Assembly (NCBI GenBank): GCA_051871515.1
Contig: JBJECY010000081.1
Location: forward strand, 15,894 to 79,893
Reading direction: 5' to 3'
Source of the DNA: Muribaculaceae bacterium
Lineage (GTDB): Bacteria; Bacteroidota; Bacteroidia; Bacteroidales; Muribaculaceae
Length of the DNA: 64,000 nt
Part shown: positions 47,899 through 56,545 of the stretch, piece by piece
How the letters are laid out: every line of letters starts with the position of its first letter
Position numbering within the stretch: position 1 is the first letter of the stretch
The notes under the pieces: model-generated
Database searches by the model: none
What the model was told of the DNA's origin: nothing
The model's input: the letters and a program-made list of their open reading frames with translations, nothing else
Program-made: the position numbers and the translations under genes

Positions 47899-48855
47899 AT
47901 GGATTTCACTACATTTAACAATGATTATACATGCCTTGACGGCATGCAGTATGACACAACAAACTCGCCGTTTGGCTCGTTGTGTGATTTTATGGAAAGT
48001 CCTTTCATGAGCCAATTCACTGATTTGGCACATGAATATAACCTCCCCGACGATGTGGTGGCACAAGCTGCCGCTGATGCTTATAACTTCTTCAATATGC
48101 CCGAATCGCCCATTTTTCGCGGTGCTGAGACCTGTGTGTGGCCGGGAAATCCGTTTGTGATGGACGATGACCGCCTTGATGTGAACGTTGACCAGCTCAA
48201 GGGCATGGGTGTGCATGACACCAAAACGCTCTCGTTGATTCTCACTCATGAGATTGTGCACCGTCTCACTCAGGATATGCTTGCCACCGGGCAACTCTCA
48301 CCCTGGCAGGGTGAGGCGCTGAGCGATATGTGGATGGGTATTCGCGGTGCTATGCAAGGAATTGACGTACAACCAGCCATCGACTCGCTTAAAGGTGGGG
48401 TTGACTGCGAAACACATCCCGGCTTTGACCTGCGCGAAGAGTATATCAACAAGGGTTGTGAGCTATATGAGGAGATGAAAGCATCGGGCGAAGAAATCAA
48501 CTATGAGAGCCTCATGGCAAAGGCAATACATGATGTTCGCAACAACGACGAGCTTAACCAGCGTGAGATTGAAGCCAACCGAGAAGCCTTATACAGCGGT
48601 GGTCATCGAGGACGTGCGGCTGCGTTCTCACCATCATACTCTAAAGGAGAGATTGATTCTCACATAAAAGAGGCTCAAAACAAGATTGACCATCTTAAGT
48701 CAGTGATACATGACCATACCCGGATAATGAAAGACCGTGCAGCACAAGGTTTGCCAATAGATTCTGAAAAGTACACAATTGGAAGTGCAAAGATAGACCT
48801 TGAAAATGCAAAAAAGGAGTTAGAAAAGTGGCAAAATACCAAGCCTGCAAAATAA
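47899..48855 (+). CDS. Orphan operon gene C: putative zinc metallopeptidase (HEXXH) with C-terminal coiled-coil
   Basis: 318 aa. HEIVH at residues 117-121 (nt 48247-48261), with Glu139 18 residues downstream. No signal peptide. Confidence 0.6.
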   Translation: MDFTTFNNDYTCLDGMQYDTTNSPFGSLCDFMESPFMSQFTDLAHEYNLPDDVVAQAAADAYNFFNMPESPIFRGAETCVWPGNPFVMDDDRLDVNVDQLKGMGVHDTKTLSLILTHEIVHRLTQDMLATGQLSPWQGEALSDMWMGIRGAMQGIDVQPAIDSLKGGVDCETHPGFDLREEYINKGCELYEEMKASGEEINYESLMAKAIHDVRNNDELNQREIEANREALYSGGHRGRAAAFSPSYSKGEIDSHIKEAQNKIDHLKSVIHDHTRIMKDRAAQGLPIDSEKYTIGSAKIDLENAKKELEKWQNTKPAK

Positions 48856-48903
48856 TGTTTATCTTTGTTGTCCGATAAAATTTTTGAGCGTGGTTGGTGA
48901 TTA

Positions 48904-49887
48904 GGCGAGTGATGCAATACGCCCAAAAACACCAACCACGCCACCCGCGATGTCGGTCACATGTTGGGGCGTATGGCAATACGCCCGACGACCGCGGTGA
49001 TGCCAATAAAAAATGTGATGCGTTGTTGTAGGGGCGTATAGCAATACGCCCGGCGACCGCAGCGATGCCAATAAATAATGTGATGCGTTGTTGTAGGGGC
49101 GTATCGCAATACGCCCGGTGACCGCGGCGATGCCAACAAAAAATGTGATGCGTTGTTGTAGGGGCGTATCGCAATACGCCCGGCGACCGCAGCGTGGTCA
49201 TGATAAATACCAATGCGTGTATTTTGCATTACATCACATTAAACCCTGGCACATCGATTCCGGGCGTATCGCAATACGCCCGGCGACCGCGTCGATGCCA
49301 ACAAATAATGCGATGCATTGTTGTAGGGGCGTATGGCAATACGCCCGACGACCGCGGTGATGCCAATAAATAATGTGATGCGTTGTTGTAGGGGCGTATC
49401 GCAATACGCCCGGCGACCGCGGCGATGCCAAAAAAATGTGTTGCGTTGATGTAGGGGCGTATAGCATACGCCCGGTGACAGCAGCGAGGCCCCGATAAAT
49501 ACCATCATTTTGGATTTCAACGAATTAACCCCACGGCACACCGATTCCGGGCGTATTGCTATACGCCCCTACAGGCTTCGCCTCGTTTTGGGGTTGGGGT
49601 TTTTGATGTGCGTATTCGACACGCCCAATATTTTGCTTTACAACACATTAAACTTGGCACACCGATTCCGGGCGTATAGCATACGCCCGGCGACCGCGGC
49701 GTGGTCAACAAATAATGTGATGTGTTGTTGTAGGGGCGTATAGCATACGCCCGGTGACAGCAGCGAGGCCCCGATAAATACCATCATTTTGGATTTCAAC
49801 GAATTAACCCCACGGCACACCGATTCCGGGCGTATTGCTATACGCCCCTACAGGCTTCGCCTCGTTTTGGGGTTGGGGTTTTTGATG
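48904..49887. repeat. REP-like palindromic repeat array 2 (about 15 copies), including two 4 x 65-bp tandem runs and a 159-bp perfect direct duplication
   Basis: Palindromes at 48967, 49032, 49097, 49162, 49262, 49327, 49392, 49455, 49549, 49670, 49734 and 49828, plus degenerate copies. The units are reverse-complementary to those of array 1. Confidence 0.9.
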
Positions 49888-50090
49888 GTTGCCCCTACAC
49901 ACGGAGGGCATTAACCATAATCAAAAAAACGAACTCTACCTCCCTGTAATTAGCAACCGAGCCGGATGTTCGTTTGTCTGTCAGCGTTTATCTGACAGCA
50001 ATGAAATGTTTATACGCTCAAAACCTAAACGCCTTGACTATATTGTGTGAATAAATCGCATGCCAGTGTATGGCAGCAAAACAAAGCAAC

Positions 50091-50123
50091 GGGGGGAAGA
50101 TGCTTTATTAGCATCCTCCCCCC
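50091..50123 (-). terminator. Hairpin terminator downstream of the left SusD gene
   Basis: ggggggaagatgc-tttatta-gcatcctcccccc forms a 13-bp stem with 1 mismatch. Confidence 0.55.
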
Positions 50124-50173
50124 GCGGGTTTATAGGGTTGTGTCTTGTTTAAGATTAGCCCTGAGTGGATGTA

Positions 50174-52057
50174 TTATTCTTGTGTGCTATCCCACCATAC
50201 AGGAATTGACCAAGTCAGTTTGTGGCGGTTCCAGCATGGTTGAGAGGTACCTGCTTCAACATATTCCATCAGGTCTTCAGCGCCAGGCACTTGATAACCG
50301 ATTTCTTGCAGGTTGTTCACGTTGTAGTTATACTCGTGTGAGCATTGACGCCAGCGGCGCAGACCCTTGCCCATTGGGATGTAGTCATGTTGCAACTGAG
50401 TGTTGTTGACATATTCCCAAGGCAATTCCCAGTTGAGAACGCAACCTTCAGCATAGTCCATGCGGCGCATATCGTTGAATGTCTCAACCGACATTTGCAT
50501 AGCAATACGCTTTTGGGTCATAATCTTAGCCAGGCTGAGGTCAGCAGCTGTGCCAATGGCATTTTCCAGATAGTTGTCTATATCAGCTTGTTCCATTGGA
50601 GTGAACGATGGGCAATCAGCAAGGTTGCGGTCTTCAGCAATCCATGAAGAGAGTCGTTCGTTCATCAATTCCATAGAAGCCTTGATACCTGCTTTGTATG
50701 CGGCAAATGCTTCTGATGTGTTGCCTTGGCGGAAGAGAACTTCAGCCTTGATGAAGCAAGCTTCGTGATATACGGCAAGGTAGGTAGGAGCGCTCACGCG
50801 GTTGTAGAACACACCTGATTGCTTTGAGCGGTCGTCGCTCTTGAGCTTGCGGTAGATGAGGTCAACGTTGGCAGCATAGCCCTTCGATGAGCTTGTGGTT
50901 TGGATGAAGATGGTGTCGCCTGTGCGAGTTTCGCTTGCGCAATACCAGCCACCCTTATCTGCGTTGTAAGAAGTGGTGTAAGGAGCAGAGTTGGTGCGGA
51001 TAGAAGTGTGCATGTCAACACCAGCAGTGCGGCGCCAGTTGCCCACAATCTTGATTGGTTGGTCAGCTACGTAATCAGGAATTTTTGGTTCGCCACCAGC
51101 AAAGTAAGCCCATGGCAACATCTTGTCGGCACGTGGGTCTTCAATGCCCTTGCCGTCGAAGTTGGTGAGGTTGTCAACGAGCATCTTGGTGGTGTAGTAG
51201 TTTGAGTTCATACCCCAAACTGAATACAATGGCGAGTAGTCAACCGGTTCATCCCAACCAAGCACGTCGTGTGACTTAGAGTTCTCGTCGAGGTGGTTGA
51301 TGATGGTGTTGTCAGAGTTGCTTTGTTGAGCCTTAGCCAAGCAGTCGAGAATGGTTGTAGGGTCATATTTGCCGTCCTTGTAGCTACCGTTGCCTTTCTT
51401 GGTAAGCTTGTTAATCCAACGAGCCTTCATCAGGTAGCACATCTTGAGCCAACGGCTCACGTCGCCTTGGTTCCAAGAGTCGCCGTAAACCAATCCCTTG
51501 GCATTAGGACCTTGTTCCTTTTGGAAGAGTTCAATAGCTTCGTCAATGAGGTCGAAGCAGCCCAAATAGATGGTGCGTCCGGTGTCATACTTAGGGATGG
51601 CGTTTTCGCCGATAGCATCGGTGAAAGGCATTTCGCCATAGAGGTCGGTCATAAGCATAAAGCCATAAGCTTTGAGGAAGCAAGCTGCGGCGGCATAGTG
51701 CCAAGCCTCGGCTGCCATAGCCTTTTCGTACATGCCCTCGATGTTAGGACCTGCACCAACAAAGAACCATTGATAAGGAGTAGTTACCCAAAGGATGGAA
51801 GGCATCCAAGCGGCAGCCAAACCATAGGTTGAGTACTGAGAGTTCATTGTGTAGTCGCCCATAGCCATGCATGTGCGGAAAGCAGCAAACTGGCAAGCGC
51901 TATTGGTATAGAACTGGCTGTGTGCCAGGTTTTGATAGTATTGGGCAGCACCATCGGTTGGGGTGTTGGGATTGGTGTTCACGTCGAGCCAATCGTTACA
52001 CGACGCCATTGAGAGGGCGAGGGCTGTACCTAATAATATTTTGCTAAATATTTTCAT
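50174..52057 (-). CDS. SusD/RagB-family outer-membrane lipoprotein (left pair)
   Basis: 627 aa with lipobox LSMASCNDWLDVN, which is typical of SusD. It is immediately downstream of SusC. Confidence 0.9.
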   Translation of the reverse strand: MKIFSKILLGTALALSMASCNDWLDVNTNPNTPTDGAAQYYQNLAHSQFYTNSACQFAAFRTCMAMGDYTMNSQYSTYGLAAAWMPSILWVTTPYQWFFVGAGPNIEGMYEKAMAAEAWHYAAAACFLKAYGFMLMTDLYGEMPFTDAIGENAIPKYDTGRTIYLGCFDLIDEAIELFQKEQGPNAKGLVYGDSWNQGDVSRWLKMCYLMKARWINKLTKKGNGSYKDGKYDPTTILDCLAKAQQSNSDNTIINHLDENSKSHDVLGWDEPVDYSPLYSVWGMNSNYYTTKMLVDNLTNFDGKGIEDPRADKMLPWAYFAGGEPKIPDYVADQPIKIVGNWRRTAGVDMHTSIRTNSAPYTTSYNADKGGWYCASETRTGDTIFIQTTSSSKGYAANVDLIYRKLKSDDRSKQSGVFYNRVSAPTYLAVYHEACFIKAEVLFRQGNTSEAFAAYKAGIKASMELMNERLSSWIAEDRNLADCPSFTPMEQADIDNYLENAIGTAADLSLAKIMTQKRIAMQMSVETFNDMRRMDYAEGCVLNWELPWEYVNNTQLQHDYIPMGKGLRRWRQCSHEYNYNVNNLQEIGYQVPGAEDLMEYVEAGTSQPCWNRHKLTWSIPVWWDSTQE

Positions 52058-52081
52058 ATTCTTAGATATTTGCTTGGTGAA

Positions 52082-55000
52082 TTAGAATGTTAAATTAACG
52101 CCGAAAGCGAAGCTTGCTGTTGCAGGCACGCCGCAGTAGTCAAAGCCAACTGATGACGAGCCGCCTGCGCCGGCACCTGATGCTGCTGCTTCTGGGTCAC
52201 CATCATAGTTGGTGAAGAGGAGCAGGTTGGTGGCGGTAGCTGTGAGCGAAGCACGCTTAATCACCTTAGTCTTAGCCAAGAATGATTGAGGAACTGTGTA
52301 AGAAAGTGAGAGTGTGCGCAGGCGCAGGCTGTTCACTGTGGTGAGCCAGTTGGCTGTCTCATAGTTGTAAGCGCCTGTGTAGTAGTTCTTGATAATGTTG
52401 TAGCCAAGCATTTCCTTGCCGCCGAAGGTGTAAACCTTGTCAGGTTCCCAAGTGTTGGTCACTTCGGTATAAACAGGCTTGCCTTCAGCATCTTTGCCGG
52501 TTTGTTGAACACCAGAGATGGTGAGAGGCTCGTTGCGGAATTCGCCTGACCACTTGCTGGTACCAGCCATTGTCATAGCATACTTGGTGCCGTTGAATAC
52601 GTCGCCGCCAATGCGGAATTCCCACAACATGTTGAGCGACCAGTTCTTCCAAGTGAAGGTGTTGTTCCATCCGCCAGTCATCTTGGCTTCGCGGTTACCC
52701 ACTTGCACTGTTGCAGTGTTTTGGGTTGGCATGCCGTTAGAGTCGAGTATCACTTTACCGTCGGTGGTGCGAGCCCACTTGGTACCAGAGATTGCCATGA
52801 AGTTGCCGCCCGAGATTGAGCAAGCCTTAGCTCCGGCATATTGCACGTCGGTGAGGTACATAAATTCCATACCTTCTGGCAGACCGTCCATTGTACCGCG
52901 GTTACCTGCCATGTTAATACCGGTTTCCCAAGTGAAGTTCTTGGTTTGTACAGGAGTACCGCTGATGCTAAGTTCCATACCCTTGTTGTAAACGTTACCT
53001 GCGTTGATTGAGCAGAAGATGTAACCGGTTGATTGTGGGCCGCGTGGGCTCAGAATCTGGTTGTAAGAGTCGTTGGTGTAGTAAGCATAGTCGAGTTTCA
53101 AGCGGTTGTGCAAGAAGCGGAGTTCGATACCAATTTCAGTTGACTTGGTCATTTCAGGCTTCAAATATGGGTTACCGCGTTCCCAGCTGTTACCCAAACC
53201 TACGATGTTGCCCAGATAGGTGTGAACAGGCCAAAGGTTGGTGTTGGTTTCATAAGCGCCGGTGTCTTTACCTACCTTAGCCCATGATGCACGCACCTTA
53301 CCATAGCTGAGAATACCTTCTTTCACAAAGTCGAGGTCTTGCATGAAGTTGGTGAATACAACAGCACCACTCACTGATGGATAGAAGTAGCTGCGGTTTT
53401 CAACTGGCAGAGTTGAAGTCCAGTCGTTACGTCCGGTCACTGTCAAGAACACGGTGCTCTTCCAGTCGGCGCGAAATTCGCCAAACACGCCCACAAGGCG
53501 TTTGCGGCTCATTGAGTGGCTGAATTGACGGTTAGTGTCGGGGGTGTTGTCGTAAGAGAAGAAGTCAGGCACTTGCAGGTCGTAGCTCATGAGGTAAGTG
53601 CTCTTAACCTTAGTGTCGTCGGTCGATGTGCCGACCATGAGGTTGAAGTCGAAGTCGCCAAAGCTCTTGTTGGCATTGAGCATGAAGTTGGTGCTCAAAT
53701 ACTTAAATTCACGAGAGTTGTCGCTGAGCATACCGTTTTGCCAAACTTGCTTAACCACGCCGCCTGCTGCGATGCGGTTTGAATAAGTGGCGGTGTATTT
53801 GTCAATACCCATGCGGTAAGATGCCCACAACCAGTCGGTGATGTCAGCGCGGACGCTGAAGCTACCGGTGAAGCGCTCGGTGTTGTCAGAAAGTTTGTTC
53901 TTGTTGATAATCCAATATGGGTTGTCACTTTCGTCCCATGGGTCGAGGCGGTCGCCAAAGAGGCGATAGCGAGTGCCGTCCTCGTTGAGGTAGTGGCGCA
54001 TGTCGTCGCTTGGAGCCCAGTTGTAAACGCGTGCAAGTGCACCGTCACCGCTTGAGCCGTAAAGGCCGCCTGAGGTGAAGGTCTTGGCAGTGCGTGCTTC
54101 GCTGTAAGCAGCGTTGGCACCAAAGGTAAACATCTTATACTTTTGCTCGCCGTTGAAGCGGAAGGTGCTCTTCTTGTAACCTGTTTCAGGCACAATACCG
54201 TCTTGGTCGTAGAACGAGCCAGAGAGGAAGAAGTTGCCGGTCTTGCTACCGCCTGAGATGCTCAGGTTGGTATCAACGATGCCGCCATTCTGGAAGAAGT
54301 TGCCTGGGTTGTCATAAACAGGGTCGGTAGCCTTCATCTTTTCGCCCCAAGAGTTGTAAGCGAAGTCGTTGAATGAAGTGCCAATGTAAGCGCCTGTTGA
54401 AGCGTCATATTGGTCTTCCATGAAACCGCGCTTAAATTGAGTTTGTTGCTCAGGCATCTTGTTCACCCACGAAGAGATGTACTTGGCGTTGAGGTTAACC
54501 TCAATGGCACCCTCTTTACCTTTCTTAGTGGTGATGAGCACAACGCCGTTGGCAGCGCGAGAACCGTAAAGGGCCGATGCGGCAGGGCCTTTGAGGATTG
54601 ACATGTTCTCAATATCCTCAGGGTTGATGTCCATCACGCGGTTTGAGGTGGTGGTGGCAGAGTTGGTTATACCGTCGAATGCCGAGTTACCAACCACTGA
54701 AGCAGAGTTGTCATAGATGATACCGTCAACCACAAAGAGCGGTTGGTTGTCGCGGCTTTCAGAGCCTGATGTACCACCACGCAGAATGATAGATGCACCT
54801 GAACCGGCAGCACCTGATGACTGAGTGATGTTAACGCCGGCAATCTTACCCGAGAGTGAGTTGATGGCGTTGGCGGTTTTGTTTTTCATAAGCTCTTCGG
54901 CGTTGAGGTCGTCAACGGCGTAGCCGAGTGACTTCTTGTCCTTCTTGATGCCGAGTGCGGTAACAACCACTTCGTCGAGGTTGGTTGAATCGCTGCTGAG

Positions 55001-55315
55001 CGATACGTTTACAGTAGAGGCGTTGCCCACTTTCACTTCTTTGGGTTGTTGGCCCACATAAGAGATGATGAGAGTGCTGCCTGGTGCTGCATTGATTGAA
55101 TATCTGCCGTTAACGTCGGTAGATACGCCTCGTTTTGTGCCTTTAACCCGAACGGTGGCACCTATGAGAGGCTCACCACTGGCATCGGTGACGATGCCGG
55201 TTACAGTGCTTGATTGTGCATGGGCAGCAAAGCCTGTATTGCACTCGTTGCTGAGTGAATAGGGTGCGCCCATTGCCAAACATGCGGCTGCGAACATTGC
55301 TAATGCTTTTTTCAT
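52082..55315 (-). CDS. SusC/RagA-family TonB-dependent outer-membrane transporter (left pair)
   Basis: 1077 aa. A carboxypeptidase-regulatory-like domain (GIVTDASGEPLIGATVRVKGT), TonB box/plug (DEVVVTALGIKK) and a C-terminal beta-barrel ending ...GVNLTF. Confidence 0.9.
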   Translation of the reverse strand: MKKALAMFAAACLAMGAPYSLSNECNTGFAAHAQSSTVTGIVTDASGEPLIGATVRVKGTKRGVSTDVNGRYSINAAPGSTLIISYVGQQPKEVKVGNASTVNVSLSSDSTNLDEVVVTALGIKKDKKSLGYAVDDLNAEELMKNKTANAINSLSGKIAGVNITQSSGAAGSGASIILRGGTSGSESRDNQPLFVVDGIIYDNSASVVGNSAFDGITNSATTTSNRVMDINPEDIENMSILKGPAASALYGSRAANGVVLITTKKGKEGAIEVNLNAKYISSWVNKMPEQQTQFKRGFMEDQYDASTGAYIGTSFNDFAYNSWGEKMKATDPVYDNPGNFFQNGGIVDTNLSISGGSKTGNFFLSGSFYDQDGIVPETGYKKSTFRFNGEQKYKMFTFGANAAYSEARTAKTFTSGGLYGSSGDGALARVYNWAPSDDMRHYLNEDGTRYRLFGDRLDPWDESDNPYWIINKNKLSDNTERFTGSFSVRADITDWLWASYRMGIDKYTATYSNRIAAGGVVKQVWQNGMLSDNSREFKYLSTNFMLNANKSFGDFDFNLMVGTSTDDTKVKSTYLMSYDLQVPDFFSYDNTPDTNRQFSHSMSRKRLVGVFGEFRADWKSTVFLTVTGRNDWTSTLPVENRSYFYPSVSGAVVFTNFMQDLDFVKEGILSYGKVRASWAKVGKDTGAYETNTNLWPVHTYLGNIVGLGNSWERGNPYLKPEMTKSTEIGIELRFLHNRLKLDYAYYTNDSYNQILSPRGPQSTGYIFCSINAGNVYNKGMELSISGTPVQTKNFTWETGINMAGNRGTMDGLPEGMEFMYLTDVQYAGAKACSISGGNFMAISGTKWARTTDGKVILDSNGMPTQNTATVQVGNREAKMTGGWNNTFTWKNWSLNMLWEFRIGGDVFNGTKYAMTMAGTSKWSGEFRNEPLTISGVQQTGKDAEGKPVYTEVTNTWEPDKVYTFGGKEMLGYNIIKNYYTGAYNYETANWLTTVNSLRLRTLSLSYTVPQSFLAKTKVIKRASLTATATNLLLFTNYDGDPEAAASGAGAGGSSSVGFDYCGVPATASFAFGVNLTF

Positions 55316-55460
55316 AAGCGTAACTTTTAATGGTTAATTGTAATTTTTATTTTTTTGGAACTCTATATATTTGCATTGTTCATTAGTTACGGCTGCAGCC
55401 ACTCGCTGCAGTGTGTAATTGCTGAGCTAAATAACCATTCCGTGTGCTTCTTGCGGCAAG

Positions 55461-55485
55461 AAAACCACCGTTTATTTGCATCCAC
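55461..55485. promoter_or_regulatory. Left inverted-repeat copy 1 (IR-L1), putative invertase site
   Basis: The sequence is aaaaccaccgtttatttgcatccac. The 11-nt core aaaaccaccgt is reverse-complemented at 56413-56423. Confidence 0.5.
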
Positions 55486-55503
55486 GTTTTTGTATTGCAT
55501 CAA

Positions 55504-55535
55504 CAAATGTATGAATTTTTTTTAGCATCACCAAA
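55504..55535 (-). promoter_or_regulatory. Canonical Bacteroidota promoter inside the putative invertible element, currently aimed at the left susC
   Basis: -7 caaatgta (reverse complement TAcaTTTG, 55504-55511) and -33 caaa (55532-55535), with a 20-nt spacer. Confidence 0.5.
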
Positions 55536-55564
55536 TTTTTTATAATATGTGTGATTGCAGAAAA

Positions 55565-55587
55565 AAAACCACCGTTTAGTTGTATCC
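55565..55587. promoter_or_regulatory. Left inverted-repeat copy 2 (IR-L2), overlapping the invertase stop codon
   Basis: The sequence aaaaccaccgtttagttgtatcc matches IR-L1 at 21 of 23 positions, in direct orientation. Confidence 0.5.
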
Positions 55588-56190
55588 ATCAACTTTCAAA
55601 CGTGTTAAGAAACGTGAAACTGTGCCTCGGTCAACTCCCAAAACACGGGCAATGTGGCGCACCGACTTGCCTTTGCCATACAGAGTCAAAAGCAGTTCCC
55701 GGTCCTTATAAAGTTTGCACTTTGTTACTGATGTGCGCCTGCCGCGCGGACGGCCCAATGCTATGCCTTGCGCACGCCTGAGTGCCAGAGCCTCTTTGGT
55801 GCGCAGGCAAATGAGCTGACGCTCAATCTCAGCCGATAGCCCAAAGGCAAACGCCAGCACTTTGCTTTGAATGTCGTCGCCAAGGCGGTAGTTGTCTTTG
55901 ATGGTCCACACCTTGCAACCTCTTGTCATGCAGATGTTTAGTATCTCCATCACCATAAATAAATTTCTTCCTAAGCGCGAAATCTCTGAGCAGATGATGG
56001 TGTCGTTGTGTCCCACCCTGTTGAGTAGCTGTCCCAAGCGGCGTTTGCCATACTCTTTGGCTCCGCTGATGGTTTCTTCAATCCAGCCGTCAATGTGATA
56101 ATCGTTTTGTTTGCAGAATCTTACGATTTCAAAGCGCTGGTTTTCCACTGTCTGCTTGTCGCTACTTACTCTAATATATCCGTAAATCAT
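55576..56190 (-). CDS. Serine-type DNA invertase (Hin/Gin/Mpi-like resolvase-family recombinase)
   Basis: 204 aa. The catalytic motif GYIRVSSDKQ, SRLGRN, and the E-helix LSAEIERQLICLRTKEAL are present, with a C-terminal HTH SVRHIARVLGVDRGTVSRFL. Confidence 0.9.
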   Translation of the reverse strand: MIYGYIRVSSDKQTVENQRFEIVRFCKQNDYHIDGWIEETISGAKEYGKRRLGQLLNRVGHNDTIICSEISRLGRNLFMVMEILNICMTRGCKVWTIKDNYRLGDDIQSKVLAFAFGLSAEIERQLICLRTKEALALRRAQGIALGRPRGRRTSVTKCKLYKDRELLLTLYGKGKSVRHIARVLGVDRGTVSRFLTRLKVDGYN

Positions 56191-56397
56191 AAAGTTAAGT
56201 TTGTATAAGTTAATAAATGTTGGGTTATGTTTTGTTTTTTGGTATTTCGGGTCAGAATTTTTGAAAAATCGTAAATATCACCAGTTGTTAAATTAACCAT
56301 TATTGATGTATATTCACATTATTTCACTAAAAATATTATATCGTTTAGTTTGTTAATTAAAAAAAACAAAATAAATTTGTTGATGCTAAATTTTTCA

Positions 56398-56423
56398 AGT
56401 GGCTCAATCAATACGGTGGTTTT
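56398..56423. promoter_or_regulatory. Right inverted repeat (IR-R)
   Basis: The sequence is gtggctcaatcaatacggtggtttt. Its reverse complement, aaaaccaccgtattgattgagccac, matches IR-L1/L2 (11-nt perfect core plus TTG.A.CCAC). Confidence 0.5.
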
Positions 56424-56545
56424 GTCGAGTCAGCGTAAGAGAATTAGCATTAACATAATGTATTAGAATTGATTTTATAACTACAAATAAAATAAATTAA
56501 AGAGTACAACTACAAAAAACTATTAACACTTAAACCTTGTCGCTT

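Noticed and set aside
48955-49475. Regularly spaced 20-nt palindromes (65-bp period) that superficially resemble a CRISPR array.
   Set aside because: The roughly 45-nt segments between palindromes are themselves conserved copies (…ggcgaccgcRgcgatgccaaYaaaWaatgtgatgcgttgttgtag…), not unique spacers. No cas genes are present. It is a tandem REP/BIME-like array.
48675-49820. ORF-track ORFs of 60-172 aa inside repeat array 2 (48695-49213, 48957-49229, 49118-49360, 49234-49541, 49510-49743, 49638-49820).
   Set aside because: The reason is the same. They are read-throughs of tandem REP-like units in several frames and on both strands, and 48695-49213 also runs antisense into the end of gene C.
49888-50090. 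A structured-looking stretch with stems aaacgaac/gttcgttt, ctgtcag/ctgacag and tgcca/tggca, considered as a tRNA or sRNA.
   Set aside because: There is no tRNA cloverleaf or T-loop (GTTCRANYC) motif. The stems are short and are more simply explained as terminator or REP-flank structure downstream of the convergent operons.
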